Source: a virus
Virus record (IMG/VR): IMGVR_UViG_3300028844_008248
Length of the DNA stretch: 64,000 nucleotides
Direction: 5' to 3' (one strand)
Below the pieces are notes generated by a model, which worked only from the letters and a program-made list of their open reading frames with translations, was not told the origin of the DNA and did no database searches. This document shows, piece after piece, positions 55,470-64,000 of the stretch. Both the position numbers and the translations under genes were made by a program. Position 1 is the stretch's first letter; the number at the start of each line of letters is the position of its first letter.

Positions 55470-55760
55470 CTATTCCTCTTTTTTTAAGCGTTCAATTTCG
55501 AGTTCTATTTCTTTTAAAACTTCTGGCATTATTTCATAAAATGCTTCAATTTTAAAACATCGTCTATGTTCATCATTCGGCTCCTGAACATGCCGTTCCA
55601 TATAATCATTTGATTTGGATAAAATTAATTTTTTAAATTTATGGGATATATGAGTATACACTCTATGAGTATCATCATCCCAAAACCAATCATCTCCTAA
55701 TGTTGCAGATCGATATCTATCTCTTTTATTACCAAAAAAGCTTTTCAAAAATTCAAACAT
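55470..55760 (-). CDS. Hypothetical protein, 96 aa
   Basis: ORF. Confidence 0.4.
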   Translation of the reverse strand: MFEFLKSFFGNKRDRYRSATLGDDWFWDDDTHRVYTHISHKFKKLILSKSNDYMERHVQEPNDEHRRCFKIEAFYEIMPEVLKEIELEIERLKKEE

Positions 55761-55774
55761 AACTGACTCTCTTA

Positions 55775-56059
55775 TTAATTATCAGTAATAATATACTTAC
55801 TCTTTCCCAACATTACGTTTACTTTAAATTCTAAAACGTTTTTTTCTGGATTATCTTCTGATTTTTTCACGTACACACCAATACCGGGAAACAATAATGT
55901 TTCACTTCCTTCAGGAATTTCTGATGGATCAAAATACATAGTTGTATCGTAAGTCAATTTTCCTGATCGATATGGCTTCAAATAAACTTTTAGTTTACCG
56001 TCTTCCCCAATTTCATTCAGGACTCCTTCCCACTCCCACGTTACTTTTTTTGTCTCCAT
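55775..56059 (-). CDS. Hypothetical protein, 94 aa
   Basis: ORF. Confidence 0.4.
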   Translation of the reverse strand: METKKVTWEWEGVLNEIGEDGKLKVYLKPYRSGKLTYDTTMYFDPSEIPEGSETLLFPGIGVYVKKSEDNPEKNVLEFKVNVMLGKSKYIITDN

Positions 56060-56219
56060 ATAATTTCTCCTTTTTTCGTTGTTCTTCGTATTCGTCTAAA
56101 GACGTATAGTACGCTGGATATACTCTAGATGTAGTACCCGCAACATTCCAAAAAATAACTTTGTCTGTGGGTATATTTATCTGGTATATTTCTTCGTTAT
56201 CATCCACAATCATTACCAA
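56013..56219 (-). CDS. Hypothetical protein, 68 aa
   Basis: ORF. Confidence 0.3.
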   Translation of the reverse strand: MVMIVDDNEEIYQINIPTDKVIFWNVAGTTSRVYPAYYTSLDEYEEQRKKEKLYGDKKSNVGVGRSPE

Positions 56220-56246
56220 GTATTATATGTTTTATTGTTCATTTTG

Positions 56247-58187
56247 TCAACCAGATATTTCACCAATATCTGTAATTTCGCATGAACCACCAGAACACGC
56301 CAAAGTTTGACTTCCAGTTGTATTATCTTCTTGTTCGTACTGCGACAAATCATTCCAATCTACATCTTGGGGCATCTTAGCAAGTAATTCCTCATATTGC
56401 TCTTTCGTACATTCTTGATAAGGTGCTTGAAGATACGAATGCTCTGCGTATGGTAAAAAAGAAACTCCGTTTAAATCGTTGAAGTTTTCATATACCCATG
56501 ACCCAACACCCATCCATTCATCTTCTTTGACATTGATGGTTACTGATGGATTATGCTCACACCAACTCTTTGAATATTTTTTCCACAATTTTAATTGGTC
56601 GGTTGCACTCAAATCTTTTCGCAATCTTCCATTCGATGGTGCTTTTTGGGGAAACGAAAATACCCACATGTGATCTGGTTGATGAATTTCATCTTCACAA
56701 GGAAATCCTTTGTCAAACATAAATTTAGAAACCGGGTCTTTTTTATCCCCCCTAATCGTTCTCACATAGTATTCAGCATGTCTAGGATGAATGCCTGACG
56801 ATGCATTTACAAGCTGTGAAACGGTTCCTGATGGCTTTATACAGGTGATTGCTGTAGCAGGATTGATTCCTAATTTCTTAGCCCATTCCTTGTTGGTGTC
56901 GATAGCTACTTTCTTGAGCATAGCCACATATTCGTCTATCTTATCAACATCTCCTATTCCATTCAACATTTCATGGTCCATAATACCAGTTAGAGAAACG
57001 CCAAGCAATCTTTCTTCTTGACAATTCTTAGACCATTCGTTTGAAATATATCTAAAATCTGTTAATAACGATTGTAGGGTTCCAAGAATAGTTGCTACTT
57101 TTACTTTCGCTTTCAAAGTTTTTTCTGTATCGTCCGGTCTAACAACAATCTCTGATAGATTACAGAATTGTCGATCTCGTAAAATAATTTCTCCACACGG
57201 ATTCACACCAAATTCATATGAACTATCTCTGCGATCAACCAGTTCTGTTAAATGTTTTTTAACAGCTTCTCGATTGAATATTCCACGTTCACCAGACTTC
57301 GACTTATAAAGAGAATTCCATTCATGCATAAAAATACCCATATCAGGTTTTTCAGTATACGCAACAGAATTATTTGCCAATGATCGTTGTGGATTTATTT
57401 CCCACCATTGACCGGACTTGGCGGTTCGAAGTCTTTCGTCTGTTAAATTTGAAAGAGAAATAAGTGCTGATCTTCGAACTCCACCAACAACAACAATTTC
57501 TGCAATCTTACAAACCAAATCGTGACACTCGATAGAATTTAATTTTCTACCAGTTGCTTTCATAAAAGTGTTGACTGTAAATTTAAAAAGATTTTCTAAT
57601 GGTGCTGGTCCTGATGATCGACCACCAAAAGTTTTTAATCTAGCTCCTGCTGGTCTAAGTTTTGATAAATCCCATTTAGGAATTTGACCCGAATACAATA
57701 GAGAAATTAATTCTTTATATGCTTTAGCCCAACCAATTTTTGAATCCGCAACCATTATTGTAGTATCGGTTTGATATAACTTTTCTGAAACTTCGGGAAG
57801 GTTATTAACGAATTGTCGCTCTACAGAAAACCCAACTCCAGTACCACACATGAGGATGTACATTATTTCATCGAATGATCGTTGTCGGCTAATTGCTACA
57901 TATGCACAATTATATCCTGCAACATGATCTCTCTCTAATGCTAATCCGGCGGTCATCAATGCTCTCATGGATGGCATAGCTTCTAACTTTAAAACTGCTT
58001 TTTCTAATTGTTTTCTTTCTTTGAATTCGTAGTTATAATTATCTAGTAAATATTTTTCAAAAAAATCAAAGTATCTTGTTACTGTTTCATCCCAAGTTTC
58101 TCTTCGTTCTTCATCGTCTAACCATCTTGCATATCGTGATAAATGTATTATATTTTGGTATTCAGTTGGTAAATATTGTTCTGTCAT
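56247..58187 (-). CDS. nrdJ: Ribonucleotide reductase, class II (adenosylcobalamin-dependent NrdJ-like), 646 aa
   Basis: …VNPCGEIILRDRQFCNLSEIVV… (NPCGEI…CNL) active-site block; C-terminal CSGGSC redox pair. Confidence 0.6.
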   Translation of the reverse strand: MTEQYLPTEYQNIIHLSRYARWLDDEERRETWDETVTRYFDFFEKYLLDNYNYEFKERKQLEKAVLKLEAMPSMRALMTAGLALERDHVAGYNCAYVAISRQRSFDEIMYILMCGTGVGFSVERQFVNNLPEVSEKLYQTDTTIMVADSKIGWAKAYKELISLLYSGQIPKWDLSKLRPAGARLKTFGGRSSGPAPLENLFKFTVNTFMKATGRKLNSIECHDLVCKIAEIVVVGGVRRSALISLSNLTDERLRTAKSGQWWEINPQRSLANNSVAYTEKPDMGIFMHEWNSLYKSKSGERGIFNREAVKKHLTELVDRRDSSYEFGVNPCGEIILRDRQFCNLSEIVVRPDDTEKTLKAKVKVATILGTLQSLLTDFRYISNEWSKNCQEERLLGVSLTGIMDHEMLNGIGDVDKIDEYVAMLKKVAIDTNKEWAKKLGINPATAITCIKPSGTVSQLVNASSGIHPRHAEYYVRTIRGDKKDPVSKFMFDKGFPCEDEIHQPDHMWVFSFPQKAPSNGRLRKDLSATDQLKLWKKYSKSWCEHNPSVTINVKEDEWMGVGSWVYENFNDLNGVSFLPYAEHSYLQAPYQECTKEQYEELLAKMPQDVDWNDLSQYEQEDNTTGSQTLACSGGSCEITDIGEISG

Positions 58188-58642
58188 TCGGCCCCTTGTT
58201 GTCCCTTTAGTGTATTATCGGTCTCTGTTATAATTAATGGTGATGTATAATCTATTTCTACGTTCCTTGCTAGTGGTATTAAAAAATCTAAGTTGTGCAT
58301 CCGATCATAATGCTCTAATGTATTCACTCTAATTTTTGTAATCTCTTCCTCTTCAACCGTTCTCGCCATATCATAATAATCATTATTGAAACATCTGTAG
58401 TAGTATATTTTGTAATCTTCTTTCCAACTATACTCACAAAATAATTCCCATTCGTGCGGTCCTATCCAAACTCCACCCTCTTCTTGAAATTCACGGACCA
58501 TAGCTGTAGATGGGGATTCTCCCGGCTCGACCTTTCCACCTACACCATTAAGTTTTCCTTTTTGGTATGCAGGTTTTAATTTTTCTATGAGAACTATATT
58601 GTCTCTTGATTCATTAAATAAAAATCCAGCTACATATTTCAT
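58184..58642 (-). CDS. Nudix hydrolase (MutT-like), 152 aa
   Basis: Nudix box GGKVEPGESPSTAMVREFQEEGG. Confidence 0.75.
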   Translation of the reverse strand: MKYVAGFLFNESRDNIVLIEKLKPAYQKGKLNGVGGKVEPGESPSTAMVREFQEEGGVWIGPHEWELFCEYSWKEDYKIYYYRCFNNDYYDMARTVEEEEITKIRVNTLEHYDRMHNLDFLIPLARNVEIDYTSPLIITETDNTLKGQQGAE

Positions 58643-59187
58643 AAGTCACTCTCACTCAAATTTAAAATATCATTAACAACTTCTTCACATGATCTATTAT
58701 TATCTATTACATAGTCTGCAACAATATGAGAAATTTGTAACTCTGATTGGTGATTGTGGGTTTTAATATTTGGTACATCCCGTTCTAATCGAAATATAGT
58801 GCCTTCAAGCGATCTTGCGGCTGATGCTTCATTTAAAAATCTACAATCATCTGTTACAACATCTACTCCCGTATCTAATAATTTGATAACTTTATGTTTC
58901 CAAATATTGACCCAAAATTTTTCGTCTATTAAATTCCTAGCCCAATCAGTCCCAAGAGTTTGTAAAACATATCGGGGAGTTTGTCCCGACAATAATTCAC
59001 AAGGAACTTCTTTTAAATCTCCAGTTAAATGCTGTTCGGTTAATCCCAAAGTTCTAACCATATCACGTATGGGATCAGCAAAAGATACTATCGACATATT
59101 ATGATTTATTAATTCCTTTGCTATTGTGGATTTTCCAGAACCAGCTTTTCCTACCAATACAATTACTCTACTCATACTCTTCTCCAA
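58639..59187 (-). CDS. gp1: Deoxynucleoside monophosphate kinase (T4 gp1 family), 182 aa
   Basis: P-loop VGKAGSGKST; …LQTLGTDW… and …VVTDDCRFLNEA… blocks as in T4 gp1 (…LMQALGTDL…, …IVPDTRQDHEMDA…). Confidence 0.65.
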   Translation of the reverse strand: MEKSMSRVIVLVGKAGSGKSTIAKELINHNMSIVSFADPIRDMVRTLGLTEQHLTGDLKEVPCELLSGQTPRYVLQTLGTDWARNLIDEKFWVNIWKHKVIKLLDTGVDVVTDDCRFLNEASAARSLEGTIFRLERDVPNIKTHNHQSELQISHIVADYVIDNNRSCEEVVNDILNLSESDL

Positions 59188-60233
59188 TGTTGTAGTTTCA
59201 AAGTTGCTTCAATACCAGATTTAGAATTCTCTTTTAAATTCAAATCTTCAATAATGTTTCCATCTAATATAAATTCATTAACATCTTTTGATGAAACTTC
59301 TTCATCCCAAAAATATACTAATCTACCCATCTTTATTGCTTTCTTCATTTCATTCAATACCTCTTTACTTCTAGGTTGATTATCATAAACCAAAACTGCA
59401 TTTGTATAATCAATCTGAGTTTTTTTATGCAATGAGGATGACGTAACAGCAACGGCATTTTTTATGAACATAGAATCAAATGGACCTTCCAAAACATATA
59501 CTGTCTGTGACCAGTCAACAAGATCGAGTCCGTATGTTAATTCTTTTTCTTTATCAAATTTTGCTGTTAAATATTTTTGATCAAATGTATCCCCCGATAA
59601 ATATGATCTAGCTTGACATCCAATAATATTTTTTTCACTATCATAAAATGGTATTACTATTTTTGGAAATTCGTTATCAATTATCTTGAATTTGTCGGGC
59701 AGTATACTATTAACCCATGATCGAAAGTTATCACAATAGAAAATCCTGCTGTACGAAGTTTTGGGCAATTTTCGCCCAACAACATAATCTATTGCAAACT
59801 TTTGGTTATCTGATAAATCTTTTAGAGTATATAGAGTATTTATATCCACCATATTCCCTAAAGATATCTTCGATTTTGTGGTCTTTTTTAGTGAGTTATA
59901 AGTGGCTTCAAATTTTGATATACTCGCATGTTCTTTTTTGATTTTTTTTGGTGTGTTCGTGTGATTTGCTTCATAGCTATCGTAGCGGTATTGTTGATAT
60001 AATGAAGGATCAACTTGTTTTAAAAAGTTTCCAAATGACATAGACACATTACAATTGTGACATTTGAATGTTATAGTATTGTTATTGCGGTATAAATATC
60101 CTCTGGCTTTCAATTTATTCTTTTTAGAATCTCCACATAATGGACAAGAAAAGTTCCACAGATAAGTATCTTTCTGGGTAAAATTTCTAAATTGACTTCC
60201 CATATTATTTATATATCGTATTTCTTCAAACAT
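59172..60233 (-). CDS. gp61: DNA primase (T4 gp61 family; zinc-binding + TOPRIM), 353 aa
   Basis: N-terminal CPLCGDS…CHNCN zinc ribbon; length and position next to dNMP kinase as in T4. Confidence 0.65.
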   Translation of the reverse strand: MFEEIRYINNMGSQFRNFTQKDTYLWNFSCPLCGDSKKNKLKARGYLYRNNNTITFKCHNCNVSMSFGNFLKQVDPSLYQQYRYDSYEANHTNTPKKIKKEHASISKFEATYNSLKKTTKSKISLGNMVDINTLYTLKDLSDNQKFAIDYVVGRKLPKTSYSRIFYCDNFRSWVNSILPDKFKIIDNEFPKIVIPFYDSEKNIIGCQARSYLSGDTFDQKYLTAKFDKEKELTYGLDLVDWSQTVYVLEGPFDSMFIKNAVAVTSSSLHKKTQIDYTNAVLVYDNQPRSKEVLNEMKKAIKMGRLVYFWDEEVSSKDVNEFILDGNIIEDLNLKENSKSGIEATLKLQHWRRV

Positions 60234-60253
60234 TTTATTTGTAGCTCATTGGT

Positions 60254-60781
60254 TTATAATATCTGAACATTATGTATATCTTCTAATCGTCTTGCAATTT
60301 CTTTTGGACATTCGGCACTACCACTAACAGAATAAAAATTAATATCATTATCCATCATAAAATCTTTCACGGTTGTATCAATAATCTTTGCTTCATCTTC
60401 TGTTTGATGTCGTCCGATATTGGAATATGGTTTTTCTCTATTGATGAAAAAGTTTATGTTGTCGTATGATCTAAAAGCTTCTAAACATAGATTTGAAAAT
60501 GATGGAAAATAATTCACTGGCGCATATACCGCACTAAGTATTATTGGAGAATCAGTAATAATCCAATCGACACTATTTACTAAAATATGTTGTCTGCGAT
60601 TTTGTTTTGCAAAAATATACATCTGGTCATCAAAAATATTTCTGGATTCATATACTGCATCTTTAACATATTCTCGTACTAATTCTACTTTCAATCCCGC
60701 ACTCTTCATATAATAAAAAAGACCGGAAGCTGTGGTTGATTTACCACATCCCGGTCCACCTAAAAGATTAATTATTTTCAT
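60254..60781 (-). CDS. P-loop NTPase / nucleotide-kinase-like protein, 175 aa
   Basis: Walker A GGPGCGKST. Confidence 0.45.
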   Translation of the reverse strand: MKIINLLGGPGCGKSTTASGLFYYMKSAGLKVELVREYVKDAVYESRNIFDDQMYIFAKQNRRQHILVNSVDWIITDSPIILSAVYAPVNYFPSFSNLCLEAFRSYDNINFFINREKPYSNIGRHQTEDEAKIIDTTVKDFMMDNDINFYSVSGSAECPKEIARRLEDIHNVQIL

Positions 60782-61080
60782 TTCGGCCCCAATCCAAATG
60801 GATTTCTGATTTCTGTAGAAGATTCTTTTGTTATTTCTTTAATGTCATCTGTTGTATGATTTTCTTCGGTAAGTTTCCCACCACACCAAGGACAATATCT
60901 GAATATAATATTTTTATTATCATCCCATTTTGGTCCAGCAGATTGAAATGTGGAAAATACTATAAACGAATCGATCATTTTTATTTGAGGTTTCCAGTCC
61001 TCGCACGTACAAATATTACATACACTACAGCCTGATACTGGTCCTGATTGGCTGGAACAAAATGGTAGATGTTTTTTCAT
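60778..61080 (-). CDS. Cys-rich zinc-binding protein, 100 aa
   Basis: CSVCNICTC … CPWCGG. Confidence 0.4.
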   Translation of the reverse strand: MKKHLPFCSSQSGPVSGCSVCNICTCEDWKPQIKMIDSFIVFSTFQSAGPKWDDNKNIIFRYCPWCGGKLTEENHTTDDIKEITKESSTEIRNPFGLGPK

Positions 61081-61110
61081 AGACTATCCTTTATATTTAA
61101 CAAAGATATT

Positions 61111-61186
61111 TGGTACTCTCGGTAGGATTCGAACCTACACTGAATGCATTCTAAGTGCATTGCCTCTGCCGTTGGGCTACGAGAGC
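61111..61186 (-). tRNA. tRNA with anticodon TAG (Leu-type anticodon) but class-I (short variable arm) architecture
   Basis: Manual fold: acceptor GCTCTCG/CGAGAGT, anticodon stem ATGCA/TGCAT loop CTTAGAA, T-loop TTCGAAT, A73, CCA. Confidence 0.55.
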
Positions 61187-61211
61187 ATTTAATGTAATTC
61201 ATTTAATTTTT

Positions 61212-61329
61212 TGGTACTCCGGGCAGGAATCGAACCTACACATCACGCCATTATATCATTGAGATATAATAGTTATGGATAAGGTCTCTAATATAATCTT
61301 GTTGCCTCTTCCATTTGGGCTACCGGAGT
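61212..61329 (-). tRNA. tRNA-like gene with about 40-nt internal insertion (perfect 7-bp acceptor ACTCCGG/CCGGAGT, canonical T-arm GGTTCGATTCC, CCA) spanning 118 nt
   Basis: 3' part reads as canonical tRNA; complementary 5' acceptor strand found 118 nt upstream; internal AT-rich hairpin TTATATC…GATATAA. Confidence 0.35.
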
Positions 61330-61466
61330 GTAATTTCTCGTACAGTTTTTTCTATGATATATTATTTTTATTCTTCTTTTTTTATTTCTTGGCTTATTTT
61401 CATTTCCAACTTCAAATTTTCCTATTTTTTTATTGCAATGTGAACAAAATAAAGTATATAGGAAAC

Positions 61467-62033
61467 TCACAACACATATATTGAAATATTTATATCATGA
61501 AATATATTAAGAATTATATTTTCTATAGTTTCCCAATCACCACCACCAAGTCCTGTTCCGATTTTTGGAATTGCTAAATTGGAGAAATTATTATTTGAAA
61601 ATAATTTTAAACTTTGTATACAATCTCTAATTGCCCCATAATCTACATATTGGGTTCCATCAGAACCATAGTTTTTCTGTGTTGCACAATTAATTATGTA
61701 TTTTGTTTCATAATATGGTTTGTGGTTTGCTCTTGGTGGTCCACCAATAACAAAAGGAGGTTGTTCCACTTGGACTTTTACTGGTTGAATATCTCCAAGA
61801 AACCACCCATAAGGCGAATATATTTTTCCATCATTATATTTTTTCAAATATGCTTCTCGAACTTCTGGATACTGTTGTGCTATCTGTCCTGCAATACCAG
61901 AACCAAATCCACCAGAACAATTTACTCCATGTGCAATAGCACCTATTCGATCATCTTTAAGAGCATCTAGAATATTTCCTTTTTGGAGTATAATCATGAT
62001 AGTCCCATTAACGTTAAATAATAATATAAACAA
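61467..62033 (-). CDS. Macro-domain protein (ADP-ribose binding / de-ADP-ribosylating), 188 aa
   Basis: …GAIAHGVNCSGGFGSGIAGQI… and …AIPKIGTGLGGGDWE… Macro domain signature blocks. Confidence 0.65.
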   Translation of the reverse strand: MFILLFNVNGTIMIILQKGNILDALKDDRIGAIAHGVNCSGGFGSGIAGQIAQQYPEVREAYLKKYNDGKIYSPYGWFLGDIQPVKVQVEQPPFVIGGPPRANHKPYYETKYIINCATQKNYGSDGTQYVDYGAIRDCIQSLKLFSNNNFSNLAIPKIGTGLGGGDWETIENIILNIFHDINISIYVL

Positions 62034-62133
62034 ATTGCTATTAAACCACCAGATATTAAATAAATTGCACTAATAACACATCGGTATCTTACTTCTGTTT
62101 CAATAGTCCACTCAATAAATTTATCCCACATAT

Positions 62134-62289
62134 TAGTCTTCTTTCACAGTTGGGTATTTATTTTGTATGTAAGTTTTAATTCTTCTATCTAACATGGTAA
62201 ATGTTTCTGGAAATACCATAGTACCTATCATTACACCAACAAATACAACTAATAATATAAAAAACAATAATCCAATTATAAAATTCATG
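62134..62289 (-). CDS. Unlisted small membrane peptide, about 50 aa (MNFIIGLLFFILLVVFVGVMIGTMVFPE…)
   Basis: Read from sequence between macro gene and tRNA-Ser. Confidence 0.3.
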
Positions 62290-62310
62290 TTAATTCCCTT
62301 TCAATTATTT

Positions 62311-62400
62311 TGGCGGTAGGTAAAGGATTCGAACCTTTGGTGGTGTTACCCACGTTTCTTTAGCAAAGAAGTGTAATAAACCAAACTCTACCAACCTACC
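62311..62400 (-). tRNA. tRNA-Ser (anticodon GCT), class II with long variable arm
   Basis: Acceptor GGTAGGT/ACCTACC, anticodon loop TTGCTAA, variable stem GTGG…CCAC, T-loop TTCGAAT, GCCA end; 90 nt. Confidence 0.65.
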
Positions 62401-62439
62401 TTTTAAATTTTTCATCCAAATATTCTTTCCATCTACATT

Positions 62440-62592
62440 CAATATGTTTTACTAATGGAGGCAAAAAAACTGCACAAGAAACCACTATTAATACTGTTGC
62501 TATTAGAATTGTTATTATTACTCCAGCCGTTTCAAATCCCGTACACATAACAAACTCCTTAATTTATAATTGGTACTCCCATTATTCTCCGT
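62440..62592 (-). CDS. Unlisted small membrane peptide, about 50 aa (MCTGFETAGVIITILIATVLIVVSCAVF…)
   Basis: Read from sequence. Confidence 0.25.
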
Positions 62593-62598
62593 TTAAAT

Positions 62599-63549
62599 TT
62601 ACTCTTTTTTAAATATCCAAATTGGTTCTGAAAAAATATTACCAACAGCTTTTGAATTAGGTCGTTTTCGCATTCTATATCCAATGGCACCAATATATTT
62701 GGCATCATCGAGAGTTAAGATATGATCGACCATCGTATCGCATATTTTATTAACAGTATGATGTGAATAAACATCTGAAATATTAATTGCCATATGACCA
62801 CCAACTTCTAGCATATCCCACGAATTCTCTACCATTTTAAATAAAAACTTTTCCATCCAATCATTAAACTTTTTATACTTAGAATGGGATTGCCACATAC
62901 CTTCATATCGTTCAATGTCATAGTATGGTGGTGAAGTAAATATAAAATCAAATTTCTTTGTTGGATCATTATAAACTTCTGCACGTTCAAATACTAAATC
63001 AATATCTTTATTAGTGTTTGCTAAATTAATCTGTCGCTCGTATCCAAGAAATAAATGCGGGTTTACATCAAGACCTGTATAGGATTCAGCATCACTAGTT
63101 AAAAATGCCACTAATCTATCACCCCAACCCATACAAGGATCAAATATATTTTTAGCATTAAACATCTTATAAAGAGCAAGTGCTGATGTCGGTCTAAACT
63201 GACTAGCTATATATTTACGAAGTGCTAATGCAACTTTCATATCCCCTTTAGCCATGTCACAATTAGTTAATCCAACTTTGAATTTTGGATTATACCAACT
63301 TCTAATCGGGCTTGGGGAATTAAGAGACTCACAACACATCCTTGCATCATAATGAAAAAATCCTGAAGCCTTTAATCCTACATTACTAAAGTCTAAATAC
63401 TGATCTAGAAAGTCATGAGTGTATTCGTATCTACTAGTCCATTGACCTTGTTTTATTATCGAGGTTGCATCAAATGCTTGTAATGCTTTGTAATCTAGGT
63501 CTTGTTCTATAATAGTAGGTGGGACTATTGGAAACTGTTCAATCATAAT
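62599..63549 (-). CDS. DNA methyltransferase (N6-adenine/N4-cytosine class, SPPY motif), about 317 aa after trimming
   Basis: Motif I …DPCMGWGDRLVAF… and motif IV …FIFTSPPYYD…; ORF-track N-terminal 56 aa (62599..63717) overlaps two tRNA genes so start moved to Met at 63549. Confidence 0.65.
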   Translation of the reverse strand: MMIEQFPIVPPTIIEQDLDYKALQAFDATSIIKQGQWTSRYEYTHDFLDQYLDFSNVGLKASGFFHYDARMCCESLNSPSPIRSWYNPKFKVGLTNCDMAKGDMKVALALRKYIASQFRPTSALALYKMFNAKNIFDPCMGWGDRLVAFLTSDAESYTGLDVNPHLFLGYERQINLANTNKDIDLVFERAEVYNDPTKKFDFIFTSPPYYDIERYEGMWQSHSKYKKFNDWMEKFLFKMVENSWDMLEVGGHMAINISDVYSHHTVNKICDTMVDHILTLDDAKYIGAIGYRMRKRPNSKAVGNIFSEPIWIFKKE

Positions 63550-63580
63550 CTTTCTCCTGTAATCAGGTTTATAATATATT

Positions 63581-63657
63581 TGGTACTCCCGGTTGGACTC
63601 GAACCAACACTTTATGGATTTTAAGTCCACTGACTCTGCCAATTGGCCTACAGGAGC
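63581..63657 (-). tRNA. tRNA with anticodon TAA (Leu-type anticodon), class-I architecture, paralog of 61111..61186
   Basis: Acceptor GCTCCTG/CGGGAGT, anticodon stem GTGGA/TCCAT loop CTTAAAA, T-loop TTCGAGT, A73, CCA. Confidence 0.55.
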
Positions 63658-63662
63658 AAGTT

Positions 63663-63752
63663 TGGAGGTAGATGTAGGATTCGAACCTACGGAGGTTTGA
63701 CCCCCTCTAGTTTTCAAAACTAGTGCAATAAACCAGACTCTGCCAATCTACC
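63663..63752 (-). tRNA. tRNA-Ser (anticodon TGA), class II
   Basis: Acceptor GGTAGAT/ATCTACC, anticodon stem CTAGT/ACTAG loop TTTGAAA, long variable arm, T-loop TTCGAAT; 90 nt. Confidence 0.65.
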
Positions 63753-63754
63753 AT

Positions 63755-64000
63755 TTATTTTTTATTTATATTAGATATCTTCCCACCAAAAAACCATGAC
63801 TCATATCTATTAACACCATCATGAAATTCAAAATATCCCTCATGTGGGTATGGATACCAAGCATCACTCAATCGTTTATGAAGCTTTCCTTCTCCATCGA
63901 TTTTATATTTTTCTAATTTACCACCAAGAGATTTTGTTTGAAATTGATCTCCTGTTGATGGTTTTATATCATTATATTCTACTTGTAAATAATCAAACAT
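63755..64000 (-). CDS. Hypothetical protein, 81 aa
   Basis: ORF. Confidence 0.4.
   Translation of the reverse strand: MFDYLQVEYNDIKPSTGDQFQTKSLGGKLEKYKIDGEGKLHKRLSDAWYPYPHEGYFEFHDGVNRYESWFFGGKISNINKK

Noticed and set aside
61275-61484. 69-aa plus ORF and 61288..61470 minus ORF next to the tRNA-like gene
   Set aside because: They give extremely low-complexity (F/L/Y-rich) translations in an AT-rich intergenic tract, with no SD
62599-63717. Full 372-aa ORF-track extent of the methyltransferase
   Set aside because: The N-terminal 56 codons (…GGQTSVGSNPT…) are translations of two tRNA genes (63581-63657, 63663-63752); the start was moved to Met at 63549

Overview
This 64 kb window is AT-rich and looks like part of a T4-like (Tevenvirinae-type) lytic myovirus genome; most genes are on the minus strand. 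Calls rest on manual motif reading, gene order and promoter/RBS inspection without database searches, so unnamed products are hypothetical.

Layout from left to right:
- 1-8712: a late-expressed baseplate module on the minus strand, with gp7/gpI-like, gp6/J-like, gp25/W-like, PAAR, gp5-like spike and gp27-like hub proteins, driven by TATAAATA late promoters.
- 8713-9600: a repeat-rich intergenic switch region followed by a plus-strand PD-(D/E)xK nuclease gene and a terminator.
- 9736-17624: a dense cluster of small early genes, each preceded by a near-identical sigma70-type promoter (TTGACA-N16/17-TATACT), with start codons placed for leaderless or very short leaders.
- 17700-19600: an ORF-poor, repeat-dense regulatory or ncRNA region with iteron-like tandem repeats, convergent promoters, a long inverted repeat and about 11 copies of a TAGTCG(G/A) box.
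- 19909-29459: more early genes, including a tandem array of seven paralogs that share a conserved N-terminal WYEEN..EFD..Q.E.I..L.ENY module and have unrelated C-termini.
- 29611-33750: a plus-strand late structural operon with a tape-measure-like protein.
- 33816-36210: the gene 32 ssDNA-binding protein and the gene 59 helicase loader.
- 37885-44832: an RNA/translation-maintenance island with RtcB RNA ligase, a CCA-adding enzyme gene split into two ORFs by a 1.1 kb insert, an orphan tRNA 3' fragment, a Cys-phosphatase and an ArfB-like peptidyl-tRNA hydrolase.
- 44832-61080: a SLOG-like protein, an SPFH/band-7 protein, RNase H, dCMP deaminase, class II ribonucleotide reductase (NrdJ), a Nudix hydrolase, dNMP kinase and a gp61-type primase.
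- 61100-63760: a tRNA cluster (Ser-GCU, Ser-UGA, two class-I tRNAs with Leu-type anticodons and one tRNA-like gene with an internal insertion; tRNA-Met and tRNA-Cys lie upstream at 51682-51756 and 47769-47844) interleaved with a Macro-domain protein and an SPPY-motif DNA methyltransferase.
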